DNA of 64,000 nt from an uncultured Desulfobacter sp. (GTDB lineage: Bacteria; Desulfobacterota; Desulfobacteria; Desulfobacterales; Desulfobacteraceae). Positions 1 to 8,260 of the stretch are shown here, one piece after another (the stretch's first letter is position 1; each line of letters begins with the position of its first letter). The stretch is taken from positions 2,624,001 through 2,688,000 of the forward strand of contig OY762069.1 of NCBI GenBank assembly GCA_963665095.1, read 5' to 3'. The notes beneath the pieces are model-generated. The model had not been told where the DNA came from, did no database searches, and was given only the letters and a program-made list of their open reading frames with translations. Made by a program: the position numbers and the translations under genes.

Positions 1-408
1 ATTATCAATATTGAAAATAAGTTGGCAGAACACGGCTCGATGATCAAGGAAGCCCTTGATATCTTGAAAGAGCAGAAGGAATTTCAAGATTATGGTATTG
101 CAGGAATCAAGGCAAAATTGGATCAGGAATCTAAGGCCAATAAACTTTATGATATCCGGAAAAAAATTCTTGATAAAATCGGCAACGATCCTGAATTCCG
201 GTATCCGCACATAAAAATCCTAAACTGTCTTGTAGATCATTATGATTTCCAGGCCAAATGTTTCAAAGAGCTTCAATTTTCACAGCTTGTCCGGCTATCA
301 AAGATCGGCAAGAACAAGGCAGCTGAATACCTGGACCTGCTTATCAGAAAAGGGCTGATTGGATACCGGTCTGATGGCTATCGGAAATATTACTGGATGA
401 CTGCATAA
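1..408 (+). CDS. Winged-helix DNA-binding protein, 5'-truncated by the window edge
   Basis: Frame is open from position 1; C-terminal FSQLVRLSKIGKNKAAEYLDLLIRKGLIGYRSDGYRKYY fits a wHTH. Confidence 0.65.
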   Translation: MINIENKLAEHGSMIKEALDILKEQKEFQDYGIAGIKAKLDQESKANKLYDIRKKILDKIGNDPEFRYPHIKILNCLVDHYDFQAKCFKELQFSQLVRLSKIGKNKAAEYLDLLIRKGLIGYRSDGYRKYYWMTA

Positions 409-420
409 AAAGAATATTTT

Positions 421-771
421 TTACAGATATTCAATCAGTGTCCTAATGATCTCCTGTGGCATCATTTCATTCCAGTCGTCTCTTCCAAAAACTTCATTTG
501 CCTGATATTCTTCCAAAAATATTGATTCTTCTGAATCTTTGTTGAATACCTCTAAACCGACATAGCCAAGCCTGAAATTTGTAGAAAGAACATATGTATC
601 ATCCTCTTGCCTGTAGACTGAGATATCATCGCTATAGCCAGAACTTAATTTCTTTGTATATTTGCCGTATCTGTCTTTATACTGAATTTCAAGCGATGGA
701 TTGAATCTTCCAGCATCAAGCATATCTGTGACGCTTTCTTTCCTGATGACATAATTCTTGATCTTCCTCAT
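421..771 (-). CDS. Hypothetical protein
   Basis: 116-aa ORF, GATGAAGG upstream of the ATG, no recognised motif. Confidence 0.55.
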   Translation of the reverse strand: MRKIKNYVIRKESVTDMLDAGRFNPSLEIQYKDRYGKYTKKLSSGYSDDISVYRQEDDTYVLSTNFRLGYVGLEVFNKDSEESIFLEEYQANEVFGRDDWNEMMPQEIIRTLIEYL

Positions 772-943
772 CCTTCATCAAAGTGCCTGGCAGATTTATA
801 AGATTTGTAATGCAACGGTCACAGTTTTTAAAATCGTGTTCAGAAGAAATATGATGTTCACTCCATACATATCCATATTTATGCATATCTATGATAGGTA
901 CGTTATTTATATAAACAGCATGATTGAGATTCTAATCATAGCA

Positions 944-1267
944 ATGCAGGTGACAGAGGCCTTGAATATTGTAAGATTTAGAGTGGAAGATGATAAAAGC
1001 ATTATGTTGGAGCTTAAAGCGACTGAAGAAGAATTCATCCAGCTGAAAGGTCATGTCAGCAACCTGTGCGTCTTTTCAGATTTTTGCATTTCAGACCATG
1101 CCCGTGTAATTAAATCTGGGTCACGTCACAATACGTCGAAATATTTCTTGCTTCCTGCCAGCATCCGTCGCAATTTCAAGGGGTATGACTATGATAATGT
1201 TAAATGCGGATATATCGTATCAGAAAACCAATGTGTATATTTCATCTATTCTGCAAAGAAGAAATGA
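944..1267 (+). CDS. Small AbrB-like hypothetical protein, paralogue of 1803..2111
   Basis: Shares EE..LKG, FS, KYFLxP..xR and FIY motifs with the 1803..2111 product; ATG 944 chosen by alignment length and a TATA-like box ~30 nt upstream. Confidence 0.65.
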   Translation: MQVTEALNIVRFRVEDDKSIMLELKATEEEFIQLKGHVSNLCVFSDFCISDHARVIKSGSRHNTSKYFLLPASIRRNFKGYDYDNVKCGYIVSENQCVYFIYSAKKK

Positions 1268-1311
1268 TTTGAAATTCCTGCAAGGTACATCCAATAGTAA
1301 GATATATATAC

Positions 1312-1767
1312 TTGATATATGATTTCATTGATTATGGGATTTATAGAAGTAATAAGTTCGCTTGGTGTGTCGGTCTTGCAGCAGTTATTTTAGGAATTTC
1401 ATTTAAAATGAGCCTTTATATTATAATCGGAAGGGTTATTCTTACAATTACAACACTTATTGGATTGTTTATTCTAATGACATTTTCTACTTATGAGAAC
1501 GAAAAGCTCAAAGAAAAAAGGAGATGCCTGGCAAGTCCAGAAATATTAGCTCACATGACTAAAGAGGATAGAGATAAATATAATCACTATCATAAATATC
1601 CTTCTTTAGAAAACCCTCAAGAGATATTGGAGATTATTGAAGTAACAAAATATAAAATGAATCAACGTAAAAGAAGATATAGCAATAGAGAATGGAATGA
1701 AGATGATCACCCAACTAAACATATCAGGAAAGATGTTAACATAAATAAAACTATCAATAAAAATTAA
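1312..1767 (+). CDS. Hypothetical membrane protein (two N-terminal TM segments)
   Basis: Two hydrophobic stretches then a charged tail; very AT-rich; start uncertain. Confidence 0.5.
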   Translation: MIYDFIDYGIYRSNKFAWCVGLAAVILGISFKMSLYIIIGRVILTITTLIGLFILMTFSTYENEKLKEKRRCLASPEILAHMTKEDRDKYNHYHKYPSLENPQEILEIIEVTKYKMNQRKRRYSNREWNEDDHPTKHIRKDVNINKTINKN

Positions 1768-1802
1768 TAATCGCAAATGAAAACCAGAATACTCATGGAA
1801 TT

Positions 1803-2111
1803 TTAAAATACCTTTAAGCCAGTCTTATCGACTATATAGATAAAGAAAATATTATTCTCATTCTCGATTTTCTGGCATCCCACCTTGCATTGCCAGTCTA
1901 TTTTAGACCTTAGATGCCTTGGTATCAGGAAATATTTTGTGACTGAATTTTTTCCTCTTGACGATACGTTTGTATTGAACTCTGCAACATTTTCAGAGAA
2001 CAGATAAATATCATCATAATTCCCTTTGAGCGCTCTTGCTTCTTCATGCCCCACTTCAATCTCAAATATTAGTCCGGCATTGCTTCTCCTGGTGCTGATT
2101 ATCTTGCCCAT
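1803..2111 (-). CDS. Small AbrB-like hypothetical protein (archaeal-type family)
   Basis: MGKIIS...RGKNSVTKYFLIPRHLR...FIYIVDK; ATG 2111 avoids overlap with the divergent gene at 2178. Confidence 0.7.
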   Translation of the reverse strand: MGKIISTRRSNAGLIFEIEVGHEEARALKGNYDDIYLFSENVAEFNTNVSSRGKNSVTKYFLIPRHLRSKIDWQCKVGCQKIENENNIFFIYIVDKTGLKVF

Positions 2112-2177
2112 TATAATGTAAGAAAAATAGGAAGATATATATTTAACCAAGGTATTATCCTGATTATACATATAAAA
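2112..2177. promoter_or_regulatory. Candidate bidirectional archaeal-type TATA promoter between divergent genes
   Basis: 66-bp spacer with a central ATATATATTTAA ~24-31 nt from both ATGs; no bacterial SD before either start. Confidence 0.45.
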
Positions 2178-3080
2178 ATGAGAAGAAAGATAGTATTGAA
2201 CGGACCAAGCAGCCTGACTGTATCGCTTCCGACACAATGGATAAAACAGAATAATGTCTCTAAAGGCGATGAAATAGAGATCAGTGAGGAAGACAATAAC
2301 CTTATTTTGACGGCGGTCAATAATGCCCATAAAAATAAGAGCATTGAACTATCATTTGACAACCTGAACAAGGCAGCAAGAAACAACATTCTTCTTGGAT
2401 TATATATCAATGGCTATGATGAGATAAAGATCAATTTCAGTGAGGCCGATTATTCGAAATCCATATTTGCGTACCTTACAAGCAACCATCTTGGTTTTGA
2501 GATATTGAAGCAGGAGGCAAATTATCTTATAGTGAAAAATATAACGACTCCAAACCTCTCGGAGATGAACAACCTGTTCAGAAGGATGTTCAGAATCCTG
2601 ATTGAATATATGCGAAAGATCTCACATATCATGTCCGCTACTGATGATATGACTGAAACCCCGCTGCTATACAAGACCTCAATTGACAGATATTCAAATT
2701 ACTGCAAACGGATGGCGATGAGTTTAGGGTACAAGAAATCTGTATTCAATAATTCAATTATTGATGATATCCAAAGGATTGCAGCAGAGCTATCAGAGTT
2801 TCTGGATGAGATCAGGGAATCAGACGAGCAAGAAAAGGCAATAATCAATGATGATGGAGTGTTCAATGACCTGATTGGATTCCTTGATGACTGTCATAAT
2901 CTAAGATATAATTTTTCGCAGGAGAGATATTCATCACTTCTTTCATCTTCGAATAAGATATCTGCAAAGATTGATTCTTTCAGGCAAAGAAATGATAATT
3001 CCTGCCACTACGAATACATAAGGTCGATAAATGCAGGATCAAGAAGCATCCTGAACAATATCCTCCTTGAAAATATCTGA
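2178..3080 (+). CDS. Archaeal-type AbrB/MazE-PhoU phosphate uptake regulator family protein
   Basis: N-terminal RKIV..GPSSLTVSLPTQWIK...KGDEIEI AbrB domain, GYDEIKI and GFEILKQ middle motifs, helical PhoU-like C-terminus. Confidence 0.8.
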   Translation: MRRKIVLNGPSSLTVSLPTQWIKQNNVSKGDEIEISEEDNNLILTAVNNAHKNKSIELSFDNLNKAARNNILLGLYINGYDEIKINFSEADYSKSIFAYLTSNHLGFEILKQEANYLIVKNITTPNLSEMNNLFRRMFRILIEYMRKISHIMSATDDMTETPLLYKTSIDRYSNYCKRMAMSLGYKKSVFNNSIIDDIQRIAAELSEFLDEIRESDEQEKAIINDDGVFNDLIGFLDDCHNLRYNFSQERYSSLLSSSNKISAKIDSFRQRNDNSCHYEYIRSINAGSRSILNNILLENI

Positions 3081-3099
3081 AATTCTGCCACGTAGTTAT

Positions 3100-3192
3100 G
3101 GGATAAATTTGAGTTTTTTTTATCCCCAGCTTCAAATAAGGTTTTTATAATTCTCAAATGATATGTCTCTATAAAAATTTTTAGAGGTGAAA
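3100..3192 (+). promoter_or_regulatory. Palindromic operator, BRE/TATA-like box and GAGGTGA ribosome-binding site
   Basis: GGGATAAA-N11-TTTATCCC at 3100-3126, AAATAAGG-TTTTTATAA at ~3134-3150, GAGGTGA-AA-ATG before 3193. Confidence 0.5.
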
Positions 3193-3429
3193 ATGATGAA
3201 AAGAAAAATCAGAAATATAATGGCAATTGTCAGCATGCTGCTTCTCTGTGCAGTCTTTGTGAATGCAGCTGACACAGATGTACAGGCACAAGCACTATTC
3301 GAGCCGGACAATACATGTTCAGCTTTCGACCTATTCTCAGTTGTTGAGCCTGCTCCTGGCTGCAATTTCTATTGCCCATGGTGCCCTGGAACTCTATATA
3401 GCTGTGATTCAGCAGGCAGCTGCTGCTAA
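3193..3429 (+). CDS. Secreted cysteine-rich small protein
   Basis: Signal peptide ending VNA-A; seven Cys in the mature part, ending GSCC; strong RBS. Confidence 0.65.
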   Translation: MMKRKIRNIMAIVSMLLLCAVFVNAADTDVQAQALFEPDNTCSAFDLFSVVEPAPGCNFYCPWCPGTLYSCDSAGSCC

Positions 3430-3451
3430 ATTCTCATAAATTTTTATTTTT

Positions 3452-5641
3452 TTATATTTCCATGAATATCTTGTCTGCCAGGACCAAAGTCTGGTTCCTG
3501 ATTGAGGCATCATCATTATCATAATATAGCTCATCAATATAGACGCTTCCAAATAGTATCCCATCTTGTGTCTCTTGTCTGAAATTTCCTGGTAAAAGCA
3601 GCTGTTTTAGTCTTTTTTTGTATTTATGCTTATCATATCTTTTATAGAACTGAAGCGATTTGACCAAAGCCAGGCTGTCTTCCGGGATATCGTATTCATC
3701 ATTATGATATGAGACAAAAAATTTATCTTTTTGATCTGCTGAATATCTGTCATCATAGTATCTTTCAAGAATCCGGATCTTGTCCATGTAAATCTCATTT
3801 CCAGTCAGTTCATAAAGATCAAGCAGGATTTGTAGCAGCTCCTGGAAGTCTTTTGAGAATATTGAAGTCTTATCCTTGAACTCATCCAGCTCCATTATTT
3901 TATATGAGATATGCCTTCCTACCGGATCATCAAGATACGGAACTACAAGCCTTGAATGCTTATCATCAGGCATGGATACCCCATTGGGCAGGGTCATGTT
4001 CACCATGCTAAGCTCAAAGACATACCCGTCATCTTCGATATTCATGTAAGTGAACTGCTCCATATATTTTTCGGTCAGCTCAAGATATTCAGGATCACCA
4101 GTTGTCTGATAAAGCCAAAGGAAAAGACGGAAATGGTATAGATGCATTGTCTGGACCATTCCAGCGGTCTTTTCAAAATCAGACTCCATCAAATCTGAAA
4201 CTCGGGTAAGCTTTTTCAGGTAAGTCTTCTTGTGCGTCTTTTCATACGCAGGTATCAACGCATAGATGAACCGAAGGTTATCAGAACCGTCATATTTTTC
4301 TTTAAGTATCGGCTCTGTATATTTGACTGCATATTCAAGCAGTTTAGGGTATCTGTCAGACTGTTCAAACAGCATCCCTGCGAAAACGCCTGCTGCCTCT
4401 GATTCAGGACCTTTAAAGACCCAACTCCCATCGGCATTGAGATGGCTTGGATACAGTAGATCCCTGGTATGTGTGTCTCTGAATTCACCCTCAAGCAACG
4501 GATTAAGATACTTCTTCTCAAAACTTCTGTGCTGAAGATCATAAAGTGCAGATTCAAGTTCTGGCAGGCTTGGAGCTGGATTTCTCTCTATCTTATTCAA
4601 TATCGCTTCACTGCTCAGGAAATAGCGGTCATATGCACTATAGCAGCCGCCCGCTATCATGAACAAAATGACGATACTGAAAATCGTAACTATCTCCTTT
4701 TTGTGTTTGGCCACGAATGCCGCCTGCTTCTCATTCCGGTGCAACTTTTCCATGTCAGCCAGTATCTCATTTTCGCTCTTAAAAGATGAATGATTACTTG
4801 CCGCTTTTTCAATCAGGTTCTTTGCCGGCCTTGATAATACATTTTTCGCTACAAAATCATGGCGCAATTTCTGTTCAAGTATCTGTTTCCGGCTCATCCC
4901 AGAAAACGGCTTTGCCCCTGTCAGCATCTCATAATATACCAGGAAAAGCTGGTATACATCAGTCCTCCAATCAATTTTGTTGCCGTTTATCTGTACTCTT
5001 GACAGGTAATTGAGTGTGCCATTGATGCCTTGATTGGTCTTGCCCTGGAACATCGAAATCCCGAAATCGATAAGATAGGGTTTACCATTGCCCTGGATTA
5101 TAAGGTCCAGGAATTCAGCATCGATATTTTTCTTTCGTTTGATACCTTTGACTGACAGGATTATATTTGACGGTTTGATGTCGCAATGGATTACTCGGAC
5201 CTTTTTCCCATCATAACTGACATCGTTGTGCGTGTAATGGAGCGCTTTTAACAGATTGATGATGATTGAGGTTGCTATTTCATTGGGCAATCTTGCATTT
5301 CTTCCGTTCAATGCATCAATGATCTCACGAAGAGAATATCCCTCTATATGCTCCTGCCGAAATATCAATGCATCTTTTGACTCAAGCATGTCATATATCG
5401 CCGGGATATTAGGGTGATGGATAGCGCTCAGTATCTTTCCCTGCTGGATAAATGTTTTCCTCTGAATCGGTTCAACTGATTCAAGGAATTTGATATCTTC
5501 AAGCCTGCCTGCAAGCTTCCTGTTCCTGGCGACAGCAACCCCGCTGAATGGATCACTTTCAAATATATCCAATATTTCAAAATTGTTTTTTTCAAGGATA
5601 GCCTTTATCTGATTGCTTGATCTCTTCAGTGGGTTATCCAT
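3452..5641 (-). CDS. Membrane Ser/Thr protein kinase (Hanks type) with C-terminal alpha/alpha-toroid domain
   Basis: HHPNI, HCDIKPSNI, DFG, GTLNY, TDVYQL; one TM segment (IVTIFSIVILFMIAGG); C-terminal LWLYQTTGDPEY and LYELTGNEIY repeats. Confidence 0.85.
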   Translation of the reverse strand: MDNPLKRSSNQIKAILEKNNFEILDIFESDPFSGVAVARNRKLAGRLEDIKFLESVEPIQRKTFIQQGKILSAIHHPNIPAIYDMLESKDALIFRQEHIEGYSLREIIDALNGRNARLPNEIATSIIINLLKALHYTHNDVSYDGKKVRVIHCDIKPSNIILSVKGIKRKKNIDAEFLDLIIQGNGKPYLIDFGISMFQGKTNQGINGTLNYLSRVQINGNKIDWRTDVYQLFLVYYEMLTGAKPFSGMSRKQILEQKLRHDFVAKNVLSRPAKNLIEKAASNHSSFKSENEILADMEKLHRNEKQAAFVAKHKKEIVTIFSIVILFMIAGGCYSAYDRYFLSSEAILNKIERNPAPSLPELESALYDLQHRSFEKKYLNPLLEGEFRDTHTRDLLYPSHLNADGSWVFKGPESEAAGVFAGMLFEQSDRYPKLLEYAVKYTEPILKEKYDGSDNLRFIYALIPAYEKTHKKTYLKKLTRVSDLMESDFEKTAGMVQTMHLYHFRLFLWLYQTTGDPEYLELTEKYMEQFTYMNIEDDGYVFELSMVNMTLPNGVSMPDDKHSRLVVPYLDDPVGRHISYKIMELDEFKDKTSIFSKDFQELLQILLDLYELTGNEIYMDKIRILERYYDDRYSADQKDKFFVSYHNDEYDIPEDSLALVKSLQFYKRYDKHKYKKRLKQLLLPGNFRQETQDGILFGSVYIDELYYDNDDASIRNQTLVLADKIFMEI

Positions 5642-5832
5642 TTTCGGCTTTTAAGACAGGATTCTGAATAATAGAATTTTTTCCTGATGGGTATTCATGC
5701 TATTGTCTATCCAGACATTTAAATATCTTGCTATATCGAATGTCCAAAGAATCTTGATTTTAATGATTTGAAATGCAGCCTTTTTGGAAATTGGGGAGGG
5801 CTTGTAATTTTTTATATAAGAGAATAGAATAA

Positions 5833-6162
5833 TTATCTTTTCTTCTTTTTTGTGAAACCTTTTCTAAAGGCGTGAAACCGAAAAAGTTTTTTTCTCCTGA
5901 TAATATTTTCTTCATTAATCTCTGATCTATCATCAAGATCTTTTTCTGCCTTTTCCAATAGTCGTTTTGCTGATGTTTGTTCAGGATCAATTTCTAAGGC
6001 GGTCGACAAATACCTTTCCGATTTTTCATTAAGACCCATAAATTGCAGGCTTAAACCGAAGAGAGTAAAGTAGGACACCCCCATCATTTTTAGGTTATCT
6101 CTAAGTTCGTCATTGAACTCTGAATGAACTAATTTTAATATTTCTTGTTTATTATCAAACAT
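5833..6162 (-). CDS. Small TPR-containing hypothetical protein
   Basis: YFTLFGLSLQFMGLNEKSERYLSTALEIDP fits one TPR; basic C-terminal tail. Confidence 0.5.
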   Translation of the reverse strand: MFDNKQEILKLVHSEFNDELRDNLKMMGVSYFTLFGLSLQFMGLNEKSERYLSTALEIDPEQTSAKRLLEKAEKDLDDRSEINEENIIRRKKLFRFHAFRKGFTKKKKR

Positions 6163-6164
6163 AA

Positions 6165-6563
6165 TTAGACACTATTTTTATTATTTGAAAATGGATATTT
6201 GCCATCTAAAATTTTACTGATGCAATCATTAAAATATGAAAAAAAATCGTGGATATTTTTTTTGACGCTACCCGCACTGACCTTTTTTGAGAAATGGCTA
6301 TTACGCAAATCATTATTAATTTTTTCGGCAATTTCTTCATATGTTAGTGATGTTAATGATAAAGTTGTCCAAAAAGAAAGGGAAGATATTTTCTTATCGC
6401 TGACTCTTGATAAACAGAAACATATAATTTTTGTTACCTCACCGGCGACTTCTCTAACAGTCTCAATATCCACCTCATTTACATTTAACTCCATCCTGTC
6501 ATATAAAATTTCTTCAACTAAATCATCCCTCAACTTAAATATTTTATGAAATAAATCAGGCAT
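6165..6563 (-). CDS. Sigma-70 region-4-like HTH protein
   Basis: CLSRVS...LTYEEIAEK...SAGSVKKNIH resembles the ECF sigma region 4; no region 2. Confidence 0.45.
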   Translation of the reverse strand: MPDLFHKIFKLRDDLVEEILYDRMELNVNEVDIETVREVAGEVTKIICFCLSRVSDKKISSLSFWTTLSLTSLTYEEIAEKINNDLRNSHFSKKVSAGSVKKNIHDFFSYFNDCISKILDGKYPFSNNKNSV

Positions 6564-6614
6564 ATTAAAAAATAGCGATATTGTATGATTTTAGCCGTTT
6601 CCTGCGTTAGTAAT

Positions 6615-6815
6615 GTAACTACATCCGTCTTAAAAAGTATCCGTCCAAAATAATATTTGTAACCTATTATGAAATTAACACCTTAAAATTTAAGGTTCAA
6701 GGTTTAATTTAATTGTAACCCTCCAATGTATCCGTAAAAAGTAACCTTCAAATCACATTATTTCCATGTATTTACAGCTGGTTAGATTAGACTTACGGTT
6801 GCAACCCCTGTATCC
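6615..6815. repeat. Cluster of GTA(A/T)CC hexamers around a perfect inverted repeat
   Basis: Hexamers at 6615 (GTAACT), 6637, 6659, 6715, 6728, 6741 and 6810; CCTTAAA-A-TTTAAGG at 6681-6695. Confidence 0.5.
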
Positions 6816-6832
6816 TTGCATTCAAAATAGGC

Positions 6833-7357
6833 TTAAATTTTTAGCCGATAAAAATCTGGCCGATTTGAACCAGAAGCTTTTTCAAGGAGGGAAGTCCCGT
6901 GTTTAGAAATATAATTTGCGTTCAATTTGAGAATTGTTTCAGGCGAAAGGGCAATACCACTCTGGTATTCAATATTTCGACTGATTTCATCAATAGACAA
7001 GGAGCCATTGATTGGTGTGCAGGCATATGCTTGTTCAATGAATTCATCTATATGCCGCCTGAGGTGCATGTAATTTCGCTTATAGTTCGTGATCCTGTCC
7101 TTTATTCCCGGTCGTTTTTTTTCATAGGACCATGTTTTACACTTAAGTTTTTTTTGAGATTTTTTGTACTCAGGGAACAACCAATAATACAAAGTGGCTC
7201 TCGACAATCCGCCATGCTCGATTCCGATCTGTTCCAAAGCGGCAGATTTTTTGTAGCCCTGATTATTAATCAAATCGTTATACATATCAGTCCATTTCTG
7301 AACCAGCTCCGGCCCATAATTCGTAGGCGTTTTAAGTTTCCATTTCTTTTGCCCCAT
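6833..7357 (-). CDS. HTH DNA-binding protein, divergent from the ubiquitin-like operon
   Basis: KSAALEQIGIEHGGLSRATLYYWL HTH; second possible wHTH at LSIDEISRNI. Confidence 0.55.
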   Translation of the reverse strand: MGQKKWKLKTPTNYGPELVQKWTDMYNDLINNQGYKKSAALEQIGIEHGGLSRATLYYWLFPEYKKSQKKLKCKTWSYEKKRPGIKDRITNYKRNYMHLRRHIDEFIEQAYACTPINGSLSIDEISRNIEYQSGIALSPETILKLNANYISKHGTSLLEKASGSNRPDFYRLKI

Positions 7358-7434
7358 GAATCAAAAGGAATGGAATTTCAGTTATATAACTTTCGGCAGT
7401 CAAATAAAGTATTAACAAGAGAGGAGATCAATCA

Positions 7435-7659
7435 ATGAACAAAACAACCACACAAGACGCAATTGAAGGGCTTAGTTCGATTATTGACAATATTGAAAAG
7501 AAAGAGGGCCACAGCGGCTATCTTCTTGAAAAGCTCACCACCCTGAAGATGGACCTGCTTGACGAATTTTTTACATTGAGCAAACCAGCACCCAAAAAAC
7601 AGAAACCGAAAAAGTCAAAAATCGCATCTGCACCGGCTAAAGCCTCGGACCAAATCTGA
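7435..7659 (+). CDS. Hypothetical protein with basic C-terminal tail
   Basis: GAGGAG RBS; first gene of a co-oriented run. Confidence 0.55.
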   Translation: MNKTTTQDAIEGLSSIIDNIEKKEGHSGYLLEKLTTLKMDLLDEFFTLSKPAPKKQKPKKSKIASAPAKASDQI

Positions 7660-7677
7660 TGGAAAGGAGGCCTACTG

Positions 7678-7992
7678 ATGTTTAAAGAAATATACTCCTT
7701 CATACTGTTCTTCATGCCTTTCGCAGTAATAATTAATACTACTTTGTCACTTGATTACCTTTTCAAGGATATTGACCATAGTGCCCGATTGGTTATGGCT
7801 TGGGGCACTAATTTGACATTACTAATTCTTGGTTATTTCAGTCTTTGGTTTATCCTGATTTTTCTCGTTCTAATAACAGCTGCGACCTTGTTCGTCGCTC
7901 TTAAGAGAAACAACATCAATCATAAGGATATTGAAATTTTAAGCCTTATTTACAATCCAAAACAAAAGGAGGAACGACATGGCGTTTCGTGA
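7678..7992 (+). CDS. Small membrane protein
   Basis: AAGGAGG RBS; about three hydrophobic segments. Confidence 0.6.
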   Translation: MFKEIYSFILFFMPFAVIINTTLSLDYLFKDIDHSARLVMAWGTNLTLLILGYFSLWFILIFLVLITAATLFVALKRNNINHKDIEILSLIYNPKQKEERHGVS

Positions 7993-8215
7993 CATGGTTA
8001 AAGAACGGATAGTAGAGATCAATGAGCAACCAAAACTTGTTCCTGAAATCGTTACCCCTAGAGAAATGATTTTGAGGGCTGGTGAAGACCCTAACGTCCG
8101 TGAACTGATTGTAGCATATGAGAATGATACTACTGACGTATGCCCGATTGATGTACCTATCCGGCTCAAGGATGGAATGCGGTTCGAGACACAGGTGCAA
8201 AGCACAAACGGTTAA
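7979..8215 (+). CDS. Ubiquitin-like (beta-grasp) protein with C-terminal Gly
   Basis: AAGGAGGA RBS; 78 aa, VEINEQ..VTPREMILRAG..L..IRLKDGMRFET multi-ubiquitin-type pattern; ends STNG; directly upstream of E2-like and JAB-E1 genes. Confidence 0.75.
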   Translation: MAFRDMVKERIVEINEQPKLVPEIVTPREMILRAGEDPNVRELIVAYENDTTDVCPIDVPIRLKDGMRFETQVQSTNG

Positions 8216-8230
8216 ACTTAAACTGGTTAT

Positions 8231-8260
8231 AGCTGGGAGGCATTGTTCCTTCCAGCTTTC
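8231..8260 (+). terminator. Stem-loop between the Ubl and E2 genes (weak terminator or stabiliser)
   Basis: AGCTGGGAGG-N7-CCTTCCAGCT, 10-bp stem with one G-U pair and a short T run. Confidence 0.55.

Noticed and set aside
3123..3130. TCCCCAGC match to the tRNA-Asn acceptor end as the second att site
   Set aside because: Only 8 bp, part of a local palindrome, and foreign-looking DNA continues to its left
3193..5641. Class III/IV lanthipeptide cluster (kinase plus LanC-like toroid plus Cys/Ser-rich peptide)
   Set aside because: No N-terminal lyase domain, a TM helix separates kinase and toroid, the peptide has a Sec-type signal rather than a leader, and no transporter is present
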